DNA of 63,738 nucleotides, the filler included, from Octopus bimaculoides (taxonomy: Eukaryota): the NCBI RefSeq assembly GCF_001194135.2. It is 8 parts of 7 records of this genome, joined end to end, with 100 filler letters (N's around TTAATTAATTAA, not from the genome) between each part and the next. Parts side by side here need not be neighbours in the genome. Positions count along the whole stretch, not along the records: positions 6,718 to 28,318 come from NC_068987.1; 7 more parts are not named here. One strand, 5' to 3'. A model generated the notes under the pieces. It was not told where the DNA came from and did not search any database. It was given only the letters and a program-made list of their open reading frames with translations. A program made the position numbers and the translations under genes. Of the stretch, positions 12,517-23,914 are shown in pieces; within the stretch, counting starts at the first letter, position 1; each line of letters begins with the position of its first letter.

Positions 12517-12892
12517 CAGCGATCTTACGGTACGAGTCCTAAATATCGACCTTTTCCGTAAAAAGTGTCTTCGGCGATCTTTACCAAAGATCGGCCTTTT
12601 CCGTAACACCCGCACGATCTTCACTATGTTAGGGTTTTAGTGTCAGGGTTAGGGTTAGTGTTTAGGGTTACGGTTACGGTTACGGTTAGGGACGGAATTC
12701 CCTAACCCAAACCCTAACCCTAAACCCTTCAAAATAAATCGTGCTCTCTGCATGTCTTTCGCTTTTATGACGTCGTTTCCCCGTTTCTCTCCAACACTTT
12801 TTACGGAAAAGGCCGATCTTTGGTAAAGATCGCCGAAGACACTTTTTACGGAAAAGGCCGATATTTAGGACTCGTACCGTAAGATCGCCCTT
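12517..12892. mobile_element. MITE with 88-bp TIRs, TTAA flanks and internal TTAGGG/CCCTAA arrays (Kolobok- or piggyBac-type TSD)
   Basis: 12519-12606 and 12801-12888 are inverted repeats with 1 mismatch. TTAA at 12513-12516 and 12893-12896. Confidence 0.8.
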
Positions 12893-13974
12893 TTAACTCA
12901 TCGCCTGCCTGAAGTATTTTTCTATAAGGAAAAGTTTATTCTAGTGGTTTGAAAAAATTGGGAATGTATATCATATATAATGCATGGACGTCTGTGTATC
13001 ATCACATGTGATACACAGGACAAGTTGAGAGTTAAACTTGCAGGTAATAATTAGAGATTGTTTAACTACAGGTCAGCTTAAATCAGCAGACCTGNNNNNN
13101 NNNNNNNNNNNNNNNNNNNNNNNNNNNNNNNNNNNNNNNNNNNNNNNNNNNNNNNNNNNNNNNNNNNNNNNNNNNNNNNNNNNNNNNNNNNNNNNNNNNN
13201 NNNNNNNNNNNNNNNNNNNNNNNNNNNNNNNNNNNNNNNNNNNNNNNNNNNNNNNNNNNNNNNNNNNNNNNNNNNNNNNNNNNNNNNNNNNNNNNNNNNN
13301 NNNNNNNNNNNNNNNNNNNNNNNNNNNNNNNNNNNNNNNNNNNNNNNNNNNNNNNNNNNNNNNNNNNNNNNNNNNNNNNNNNNNNNNNNNNNNNNNNNNN
13401 NNNNNNNNNNNNNNNNNNNNNNNNNNNNNNNNNNNNNNNNNNNNNNNNNNNNNNNNNNNNNNNNNNNNNNNNNNNNNNNNNNNNNNNNNNNNNNNNNNNN
13501 NNNNNNNNNNNNNNNNNNNNNNNNNNNNNNNNNNNNNNNNNNNNNNNNNNNNNNNNNNNNNNNNNNNNNNNNNNNNNNNNNNNNNNNNNNNNNNNNNNNG
13601 TCGATGATCGCATTTTCAATCTGCTGATATATTAGGACTTTTTTTTCATTGGTTGTTAGTTTAATGTAGTCCTCAGTTACAGGTACATACATAACATAGA
13701 GATTGTTTTATAGAAAACTTGAAAGTTGCCCTGATACAAATACAGTGAACTTAGAAAGTTAACTTTATAACCGAATCTCTTATATTTGTCTTTGAGATTT
13801 TTTGGGAATTAAACGATTGGAGTAAATACAACAATGACTACAAAATCAGGTACGTACGCAGATTTTCGTTTCACCCCTATTGACGTTTTTTTTTTTTTTT
13901 TCAGTATATCCAGCGATAGACTGGTTAAATTTTACCTGTTTTCTTCTTCTTCATGGTTATCATTATCATTTAGC

Positions 13975-14110
13975 CTGTTGGACAAAAATACTAAGCGGCA
14001 TTTCGTCCAGCTGTTTACGTTCTGAGTTCAAATCCTGCTCAGGTCGACTTTGCTTTTCATCCCTTCGAGGTCGATGAAATAAGCACTGAAGTTGATGTAA
14101 TCGACTAGCC
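13975..14110 (+). mobile_element. SINE family B, partial
   Basis: Similarity to the other family B copies. Confidence 0.8.
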
Positions 14111-14298
14111 GGCGGAGGTAAAGAATACGCACACAACCCGTTTTTGGCGTAACCCTAACTTTACTGAAAACGTAACAATAACCCTAACCGCAGAAAACGG
14201 GTGGTGCGCGTATTCTTTACCTTCGGTTAGAGTTAGGGTTAGGGTTAGGGATTTTGTTACGCCGAAAACGGGTGATGTACGTATCCTTTACCTACGTC
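14110..14298. mobile_element. Small TIR element with subterminal repeats and TTAGGG arrays
   Basis: ggtaaagaatacgcac..acccgttttt appears once forward and twice inverted, with internal ttagggttagggttaggg. Confidence 0.65.
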
Positions 14299-17237
14299 CA
14301 AAAATTTTAAGGTGTTTATAAAACAAACCATAAAAAGGTAATCAACACACCTTAATTAATCTTCGTAGTTGTGTCAGAATTGACAATTTGTCAATTAGGT
14401 GAATTGTATCATGTCGGTTTTGAGTGGCCCCTTCAGTTTGTACCAGAGTGAAAATGTGTCGATCGACGAATTTGTCTATGTGTGTGAGAGAGAGAGGGAG
14501 AGAGAGTTTCGATAAGTGTTATACGCTCATACGCGAAACGCTCGGTCCTTGAGTCACTTGATGCTCTGCCGATTATACACACACACACACACTCACATAT
14601 ATTTATATATGTGTCCACGCATACATGTATCACACATACATAGGCATATTTGTGTGTTGGGGTATTATAGTAAGGTCTGCAAAAGAATTAACATTCTTTT
14701 TAAAAAAAAGCAAAGCAAAGAGCCACCCTTCCATCATATTTATTAGATTAGATGTGCTTTATTATATTTTTTCAATATTTCAGGAAAATTTGACATTTTC
14801 GTTGAATCTGATTTAAAATGTCGCTGGGTCGATGATATAAAATACGCAACTCGTTTAGCTGTATTATATCACCTGTGTAGATTCAGCTAATTATATACAC
14901 ATGCTATTCTGCCACACACAATAAGTTCGGGGTGTGAGTAAAGGCGAAATACAAGAGACTATAATACCATAGGTATAGGTGGGTATAAAGGCAATTACCT
15001 ACTGATAAAGCTAGTAGTTAAGAAATAGTTTGGAATAAGGCCAACAGAAATAGTGTCACGATTTAACAGGTGTCATGGCTGCTGCTTGTGACAACCCTTT
15101 CATGGTTACTGCTGCTGCTGTCGGTTGTGATGGTGACAATCCTGCCCTACCTGACTAAGTTAATCTAACATAACATCAAGGCGCCAGCCGTTTTACAATC
15201 ACTCACTCACTTCTCCTATTACCTCTTGTCTGTTTAGTTTTAGTTTTCAAAAGATATAAACATTGTGAATTATGGCCTGGTTTTGTGGTGTTTAGTTTGG
15301 CAAGTATTTTCATAACATGGACACGACATCCTGAGCAATTTTTTTCTCTTAGGAATTTGTCATGTTTTGATAAAATAAACTCAGTCAATATTTCTGAGCA
15401 TGATATATATTATATATGTGAACACAACTCAAATACTATTATGGTCGCATTAATTTCGAGATATTTTCTTTTAATTATTGTACATGCGCTTTAATATTTG
15501 ATATTTCGGGAATCAATTATATAATTCCATTTACATCAGGGATTCATAAGAATATATCACACCAAAGTTTTGTAACTTCATATTATATTGGAGTTTTTTT
15601 TTTTTAATATGAATTTCCGAATTTATTATATTAGTCATCGAACCTTTCGATATTAAACTATTCATTCGTTAAAAATGTTTCAAAACAAATGTAACCGACG
15701 ATCCCATTCATTAAAGGTATTCTTTTATAACCAGTAAAAGATTCTCTCGTTCGATCCTGCCAATCATTTTGTCGTTAAATTTTGCGTTTGAATTGTGAAG
15801 CTTTTGGGTAATCCTGGTTGATCAGATTTATGATAAAAGGCCTTTCAACCATGCCCATCCCGTCTTTTTTAAAAAAAATTTTCTTAGATGTATGTGGTAA
15901 CACGTTGTGTAATGAGAGTCCTTTACTTAAAATAGTAGGGTGTGAGTTTGAGAGAAATTTAGCTGCTATTTCTAGCATACCGAAAGATTTCTTTTTTTGA
16001 CTTATCTTTTGAATTGTTTACAAGACACCCATAGAACAAGCCCCTTTCAATGAAACCCTTTCAAAATGTAAAAAAGAACAAAACTCGCCGATCTTTCCAA
16101 GAAAGTATATCAAAACTTAGTATTTATTCGGCCATACACATATGTACACAAATACACATCCATTCACATACACTCATACATATACGTAAACACATACATA
16201 CACAAACAATACATAAATATAAGCGATTCAGCTGAAAAAAAATTTTAAGAAATAAAAAAGTTTTACGGAAATTGCCGAACAAAACTTTGACTTCTGAATA
16301 CTCCGAAAGATTTAAGCTTTGTCTTTCTAAGGATTTTGATTATTTNNNNNNNNNNNNNNNNNNNNNNNNNNNNNNNNNNNNNNNNNNNNNNNNNNNNNNN
16401 NNNNNNNNNNNNNNNNNNNNNNNNNNNNNNNNNNNNNNNNNNNNNNNNNNNNNNNNNNNNNNNNNNNNNNNNNNNNNNNNNNNNNNNNNNNNNNNNNNNN
16501 NNNNNNNNNNNNNNNNNNNNNNNNNNNNNNNNNNNNNNNNNNNNNNNNNNNGGGTAATCTGCAGATTATACTCTTATTTCCAGCATGTCGGGCGACAACA
16601 TAAATGCTCTCTCTCGTTATTTTCACTTGGACAAGGTATTGTTTAGCCCCAAGTCAATCCTAATCGAGCATATAGTATCACTCAGTTTATTTATGACTAT
16701 ATAATCCAGAACAGAGGAAGAATAGTGATAGGTAGATTATTTAATTAGGTTGTTTTCAAATTCACAAATACTGGTTATCGACCTACAACTGAATTCCAAC
16801 TACGCAAGCTTTTAAAAAGATAGTTAAATATTATAAGATAGTCCTTTCTTTTCCCACTTCCTCACAATCTCTATCTACATTCTTTAGCTTATTTGTTAGT
16901 CATTGTCCTATACATGGGACAATGACTAAGAAATAAGATAAAGAATGTAAATTTTGTATTTACAGCTTTATTCTATTTTGTTTAAGACTGCTTTTTGTGC
17001 TTGTGCTTTATAACATAGGACAGATATATATATATATATATATATATAACTGTCACTCGCTTCAACCGCCTACGCTCACAATTAACCTTTGCGCCTCCTT
17101 CAAGGTAGATGACAAAGCTGTAATATAAGAGCCATATGAGGTGGCCTCTTATTAGCTATAAAAAAGAAAGGGAGTTTTAATATAGTCATTCTTTAAGAAT
17201 GTTATTGAATTCACATCGAAATTATTTTCAATATTAG

Positions 17238-17440
17238 CGAGCTGGCAGAATCTTTACCTCACCGGATAAAATACTTAGCGACATCTGTCTCGACTTTACG
17301 TTGAGTTCAAAAGATGTCGAGGTCGACTTTGCCTTTCATCATTTCATCCTTTCGGGGTCGATAAAATAAGTACCAGTTGACCACTGGACTTACCCTCTCC
17401 CCTGAACTTATTGGCCTTGTGTCAAAATTTGAAACTGATA
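17238..17440 (+). mobile_element. SINE family B
   Basis: gcgagctggcagaat head through the ccttgtg..aaa tail. Confidence 0.85.
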
Positions 17441-17950
17441 TTAGCAATTATTGAAAGCTATATTTACATCAGAGAAGAAAATATTTTAAAAATTTGCTTC
17501 GATATAGTGATGGATCTTCGTCGTTCAACGATGAGGATTCCCTTGTTCGGTCAACTGAATTAACATGCTAATAACTGATAATTACCGTTTGCATTAGAGA
17601 CACAATTCACCTGACGAGCTTCTAAATAGTTTCCGTCTACCCACTTTCAAAAGGTACGGGGTACGGGTCTACCCGCAATTATAGAAAATTACATTTTCCC
17701 ATCGACCTATCTTATTTCTCCGACCACCTGTTGAAATGAGTTTGCGATTCGCTTTGCTTACATCACTTCGTAATAAAAAATCGTAATAACTTCTGCATAA
17801 ATACAGTTTAGCGCCCCAGCTTCCGACTCTGTTGCTACTTAACTTTCTTAAGAATGCCTGTTTTCGAATCAAATTTAACAAAGATAATACTTTAAAAGTG
17901 TAGATGGTGTGTGTATGTGTGTAGATCGCTAGACAGACAGACAGACAGAC

Positions 17951-18023
<73 letters not shown>

Positions 18024-18024
<1 letters not shown>

Positions 18025-18328
18025 GCGCAGGCGTGGCTGTGTGGTAAGAAGTTTGCTTCCCAACCACACGGTTCCGGGTTCAGTCCCACAGCGTGACACT
18101 TTGGGCAAGTGGATTCTACTATAGCCTTGGGCCAACTGAAGCCTTGTGACTGGATTTGGTAGACAGAAACTGAAAGAAGCCCGTCGTACATGTATTTATG
18201 CGTGTGTGTGTGTCTTTGTGTCTGTGTTTGTCAACCCCCCACCATCGCTTGATAACTGATGTTGGTGTATTTATGTCCCCATAACATAGCGGTTTGGCAA
18301 AGAGAGCCTGATAGAATAAGTACAGGTG
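18024..18328 (+). mobile_element. SINE family A truncated by an RTE insertion
   Basis: Intact head ggcgcaggcgtggctgtgtggtaag. The sequence stops at agtacagg where the RTE begins. Confidence 0.9.
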
Positions 18329-19130
18329 CCAATTAGGTGGTACTGTCATCGGCCACGACAATGACTTCACTTGACTCAGCAAATTTTCCCAAGTGCAGTT
18401 TATTGCCCAGTGATTGAAGGGTACTCTTAAATGGGCCAGTTATGCTGCACTGGCATGGGCCATGGTTACGGTTTCACTTGGCTTCCAGGTCTTCTCAGGC
18501 ACACCATATCTCCAAAGGTCTCAATCACTCATCATCATCTCCATGAGGCCCAGCGTTCAAAGGTCATACTTCACCACCTCATCCCAGGTCTTCCTGGGTT
18601 TAATCTCTTCCACAGGTTCCCTCTACTGCTAGGGTGTGACACCTTTTCACACAGCTGTCCTCATCCATACACAACACATGACCGTACCAGCACAGTCATC
18701 TCTCTTGCACACCACATCTGATGCTTCTTATGTCCAGCTTTTCTCTCAGGGAGCTTACACTCTGTTGTGTATGCACACTGACATTACACATCCAGTGGAG
18801 AATACTAGCTTCATTCCTTGCAAGCTTACGCATGTCCTCAGCAGTCACAGCCCATGTTTCACTGCCATGTAGCATGGCTGTTCGCACACATGCATCATAC
18901 AGTTTACCTTTTACTCTGAGCAAGGGGCCCTTTGTCACAAACAGAGGCAGGAGCTCTCTAAACTTTGCCTAGGCTATTCTTATTCTAGCAGGTACACTCT
19001 CAGAGCATCCACCCCTGCTACTGACTTGGTCACTTAAATAACTACTTCTAGTTTTTTTCCCTGGCATGCGACAGAAGCTACTCTCTGCACATTTTCAGTG
19101 TTTATTGCCCCTGAGCATTTGCCACACACA
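18329..19130 (-). mobile_element. RTE-clade (BovB-like) LINE 3' fragment
   Basis: KGKLYDACVRTAMLHGSETWA..ILHWMC..SLREKLDIRSI..WYGHV..GRPRKTW, the RTE RT C-terminal signature. Confidence 0.92.
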
Positions 19131-19246
19131 AAAACTATTTTCCCAGTTAACCTTCCTTTGATATTGCTGCACCTCTTATGTATCCATAGCTTACACCAGG
19201 TTTCTTAAAAAGTTTCTTATTCTTTACTTTACTAGAAGTAATAGCT

Positions 19247-19452
19247 TCTCCTATACTTTTCCAGGCGTAATAACTTGTCCTGTACTTTTCTAGGTTTATA
19301 ATCTTAAGAATATTACTTTTTATGCTCCCATTTTTCCATGTAATATATATATATATTACATGGAAAAATGGGAGCATAAAAAGTAATATTCTTAAGATTA
19401 TAAACCTAGAAAAGTACAGGACAAGTTATTACGCCTGGAAAAGTATAGGAGA
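19247..19452. repeat. Perfect 206-bp palindrome centred on (TA)n, ending at an N gap
   Basis: Arms checked base by base. Centre is between 19349 and 19350. Confidence 0.9.
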
Positions 19453-19477
19453 NNNNNNNNNNATAGATATATATCTT

Positions 19478-19629
19478 TTATCTTTTACTTGATTCAGTCA
19501 TTAGACAGCAACTATGCAAGGGCACCACGAACAAATCAACTCCAGTATTTTTTAAGCCTGGTACTTATTCTCTTGGAGTCTTTTGCACTGGTTGTCAAGC
19601 AGTGGTTGGGGATAAACACAAACACAAAG

Positions 19630-19690
<61 letters not shown>

Positions 19691-19925
19691 CATATATAAT
19701 TAGATAAAGATAGTTATAGCCAGTCTGTGGGGTTACTCTGGGTTTCACGTTCATAAAGCACTTAGCTTTATAGCGTCTCTTCAGACCCTAATAGCATGTG
19801 GCCTATAACCTTATTCAGTTTCTGTGTACCAAATCCATCCACAAGGCTTTGGTCAACCTGAGGCTGTAGTAGAAGATACTCGCCCAAGATGACACAGGGA
19901 AAACAAACTCCTTACCACACAATAT
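19478..19925 (-). mobile_element. SINE family A carrying a ~115-bp hammerhead-containing insertion (19699-19812) in its central microsatellite
   Basis: SINE 3' half at 19478-19640 and 5' half at 19813-19925. Confidence 0.75.
19730..19788 (-). ncRNA. Type I hammerhead ribozyme motif, canonical core
   Basis: gggt-CTGAAGA-g-acg-c-tataaagc(taagt)gctttatg-aa-cgt-GAAA-cccagag-T-A-accc. Stem I 4 bp, stem II 3+8 bp, stem III with one mismatch and a 1-nt loop, GUA triplet. Confidence 0.75.
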
Positions 19926-20516
19926 TATCACACTGAATTAAACAAAAATTGCCTTTATAGATATTGCATATTGTGCAAATCCTAGACACCTGTAAAAAGA
20001 TACGATAGCTAAAACTGGAAATGTCTTTGATCTGTTTGTTTGATCATATGTTTCCCCCAATCAGTGGTAACTTGAGCCTCACCACCTACAACATCAATAG
20101 CAGCATAAAATCTACTATTACTGTGTCAACATTCTTTATAAATTTCATACCTGAATACGTGCATGATTCACTGATATTGTGAAAACCACTCCTACCTTTT
20201 GTCCTCCTTTTCCCTTTCCTCCAGTAATTACTATGTGTACTACTCTCCTAACATTTTGATGGCATGATGTTCGTTTATTTATATAGGAATGTTTTATATA
20301 GCATGCTTGTTCTATAGGTATGTGGGTTTATATTTTTAAATTTATTTTATTTACGTATTTGTATAATGTTTTTCTTCAAACTGAGAAGCATGGGTAATGG
20401 TGATAGGCTGAAGTAGTGCATTTGGTTGACAGTATTCCCAGGGGGTAGAGGATATAAAACTAAACGTAATGAATGAATTGAATGCATGTGTGTGTACATA
20501 TGTACGTATGTATGTA

Positions 20517-21046
20517 CAGGGTGGCCCGTAAGTGCCTACCCATACATATATCTTATGTATTCAGTGTATCGGTGTGCTGTCCCTCATTCTCACTGCATAA
20601 TATTATGCGACACCATGCTCTGAGAGACATTTCCCTCTACATAGGGATTATTGTTCCAAATACTGTGGTTAACAGCTGCCTTCAATTCATCATTGGAATT
20701 ATAACGTTGTTTAGACACAAAGTCCTTTATGTATCACCAAAAGGAGTTATCATATGTTGCCAAGTCCGGACTTCTTGTGGGCCATTTATCATGGGCGCCA
20801 GGGATGTTACTGAACTACAGCCTATCCATTTGTCTGGAAAAGTGTCATTAAGATAATCTTGCACAAGGAGGACATAATGAGTCGGAGCTGCATCTTGTTG
20901 AAACCAAATCTCCTCTCTGATTCCAAGTTCTTCGAGTTTTGGTATGAACCAATGTTGTAATATCAAAAACAGAGTATAAATTATAATACATGCATAATTG
21001 AATAAAACATAGCATATGGACAGGTAGAGACTTACGGGCCCCTCTG
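20517..21046 (-). mobile_element. Tc1/mariner-superfamily (rosa/DD41D-like) deletion derivative
   Basis: TA flanks and TIRs cagggtggcccgtaagt / acttacgggcccctctg. IWFQQDAAPTHY..YLNDTFPDKWIG. Confidence 0.85.
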
Positions 21047-21424
21047 TATGTATGTGCGTGTATGTGTGTATGTATGTATGTATGTACACATGTATGTGTT
21101 TGTATGCACATATGTAAGTAAATGTGTATGTATATGTGTATTTACGTGTATTTATGTATTTTCATGTGCAAGTATGTGTATATATGTGTAAGTATGAATG
21201 TATTTATATATGTATGTGGTATGCATTTGTATTTGTGTGTGGTGTGTATCTAGGTGTGTGTGTGTGTGTGTGTGGCGGTAACTGATGTGGGAGTAGGAAA
21301 CAAAACAAACAAATAACTAAATAAAACACATTTCAAAGTAGCAAGTGTGAGTGTAACCTTACACTGCCCAATTGTTTCAATCTAGTGACCAGAGAGTTAG
21401 TATATGTCCGGTTATGTCTCTATC

Positions 21425-21615
21425 AATGTCATTGCAACTCCATTTGTCTATTTATACTTTTATTCTTGTTTCAGTAATTGGACTACGGCCATGCTGGGGC
21501 ACCATCTTAAATAGTTTAATCAAACACATCACCCCCCAAGTACTTGTTTTGAGTGTTGTATTTAATTCATTGGTTCTTTTTGCCAAACCGTTAAGTTTAT
21601 GAGGATGATGTAAGC
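21425..21615 (-). mobile_element. SINE family A 3' part, CpG-decayed
   Basis: Similarity to family A. Confidence 0.7.
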
Positions 21616-21714
21616 TATGAGAACATAAATAAGTGAATGAAGTGCATGTATGTATGTGCATATGTATGTATGTGCATGTGTATATATATGTACATATGTA
21701 TGTATGTATATATT

Positions 21715-21766
<52 letters not shown>

Positions 21767-22201
21767 NNNNNNNNNNNNNNNNNNNNNNNNNNNNNNNNNN
21801 NNNNNNNNNNNNNNNNNNNNNNNNNNNNNNNNNNNNNNNNNNNNNNNNNNNNNNNNNNNNNNNNNNNNNNNNNNNNNNNNNNNNNNNNNNNNNNNNNNNN
21901 NNNNNNNNNNNNNNNNNNNNNNNNNNNNNNNNNNNNNNNNNNNNNNNNNNNNNNNNNNNNNNNNNNNNNNNNNNNNNNNNNNNNNNNNNNNNNNNNNNNN
22001 NNNNNNNNNNNNNNNNNNNNNNNNNNNNNNNNNNNNNNNNNNNNNNNNNNNNNNNNNNNNNNNNNNNNNNNNNNNNNNNNNNNNNNNNNNNNNNNNNNNN
22101 NNNNNNNNNNNNNNNNNNNNNNNNNNNNNNNNNNNNNNNNNNNNNNNNNNNNNNNNNNNNNNNNNNNNNNNNNNNNNNNNNNNNNNNNNNNNNNNNNNNN
22201 N

Positions 22202-22345
22202 TTAGCGGTTCGGCAAAAGGGAACCGATATAATAAGTACTAGGCTTCCAAAGAATAAGTCCTGGGGTCGATTTGCTCGACTAAAGGCGGTGCTCCAGCAT
22301 GGCCACAGTCAAAAGACTGAAACAAATAAAAGAGTAAAAAGAGTA
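22202..22345 (+). mobile_element. SINE family A 3' part
   Basis: ttagcggttcggcaaaag..gactgaaacaaataaaagag. Confidence 0.85.
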
Positions 22346-23566
22346 TAAGTAAATAACTGCAGGGTCATCAGCGTAGTCTGTCGATTTATAAAATATAATT
22401 TCCAGAACTAGACACAAGACGTCCACCCGAAAGAGAACACGTGTAGTGTTCTACAAATTACATTCAGTGTATCCTTTCAAATGTCTTCAATCTGGCGCGC
22501 TAAGTCCGGAAATAACTCTGCAGTGAAAATTATTTTTGCAGCTAGCAGAAAATTATTAAGAATTTAGTAACATAGCTTTGTAATTATTCAGCCTATGTTT
22601 AGAACATGAATTAACATGAAATTTTGGTAGGAAGTTTTAATTCAGATCATTTCAAAGCAGGAAGGTCATATCATAAAACCAAAAGCAGTACGAGGTGGGT
22701 TGGTATCAAAGTGTTAATAAGAATATAAAAGCTAACCCACCAATGCTGAGATCAGTATGTCATTTCTTGTCACCTGCAAGTATTTCATTGTGATTGTACA
22801 CAAGACTCTTAACTCTCAAATGATTCAGTACCCTAAGTACTATAACAGTATTTACATTGAGTATGCAACACACTTCCCTTGAACCATGTTGTTGATATTC
22901 ATAATTAACATCTCTACATTCTCTCTATATCTTTACATGTTGATCACTTTCATTCCTGCCAACTGAGTAGAATGTATTTTACTGGAGAGGCATAATAAGA
23001 CTGAAATATATCTTGTTTTCTTCAGTTAGCTTTATAAACTAGATCCACTTTAACCTTCATTGTATATATATTGCCCTGCAATTTTGTCAGTTGATCTGAT
23101 TTGAGTTATCTCCCTTGTTTTTAGATTGTAAGCACTTCACAGTGACACCAACACTCTGATGTAAGAAGCAATAGTATTATTTTATTGATTTCTATTAGTG
23201 GTTCAATGATTCACATTTCTGGCAAGGGCTGAAATTGATTATATTAGCTTCAGTACTATACTGGTACATCATTATCATTATTTTAATGTCTACTCTTCCA
23301 TGCTTGCCAATATCTATCAGTTTCCAAATGAAGTAATAACTTCCTAGTGTATTGTACAATAACCAACCCAGACATACTTATGTAGAGAACTGGAAACAAA
23401 TGACACTGAAATTGAAACAAGTGACTTTGTTATCTAAAATCGTGCAACATGTCAAGGCATGTCAAGAAGCTCAGACATACTGCTGCAGTGGACTGCAAGC
23501 AAATGACATCATTAGCAATGCAGTTGTTTACATATTATATTGTAGTAGTGATTTTTAACATGGGGA

Positions 23567-23875
23567 TGAAGGTACATGGCTCAGTAGTTAGAGTATCAGG
23601 CTGACAGTCATGAAGTAGTGAGTTCAATGCCCAGACCAGGCTGTGTATTGTGACCTTGAGCAAAACACTTTATTTCACTCAGGTCACTCAGCAGTAGAAA
23701 TGAGTTGAGACATCACTGGTACCAAGCTGTATCAGCCTTTGCCTTTTCCTTGGTGGCATGGAGAGGAGAGGCTGGCATGTACGGGCGACCTTGCCTGGAC
23801 TTGTACCTTGGACGGGAACTTTCTAGGTGCAATCCCATGGTCATTCATGACTGAAAGAGGTCTTTACCCTTTAAC
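23567..23875 (+). mobile_element. SINE family C variant
   Basis: gaaggtacatggctcagtagttagag head and ccttgagcaaaacactttatttcac core. Confidence 0.75.
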
Positions 23876-23914
23876 ATGAGGAGAAGGCCATATACTCTAA
23901 GGAAGAGTTTAATT

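Noticed and set aside
17669-17890. 75-codon minus-strand open frame with RK and GRR sites as exon 2 of a neuropeptide precursor spliced to the 29063 signal exon
   Set aside because: The acceptor is weak (AAG), no family is recognisable, and an artificial linker at 28319 lies between the two, so linkage is unsupported.
18024-18100. tRNA genes at SINE heads (also 32540, 37753, 56400-56471 and 58930-58997)
   Set aside because: They have A/B-box-like motifs but no complete cloverleaf, and each continues into a SINE body.
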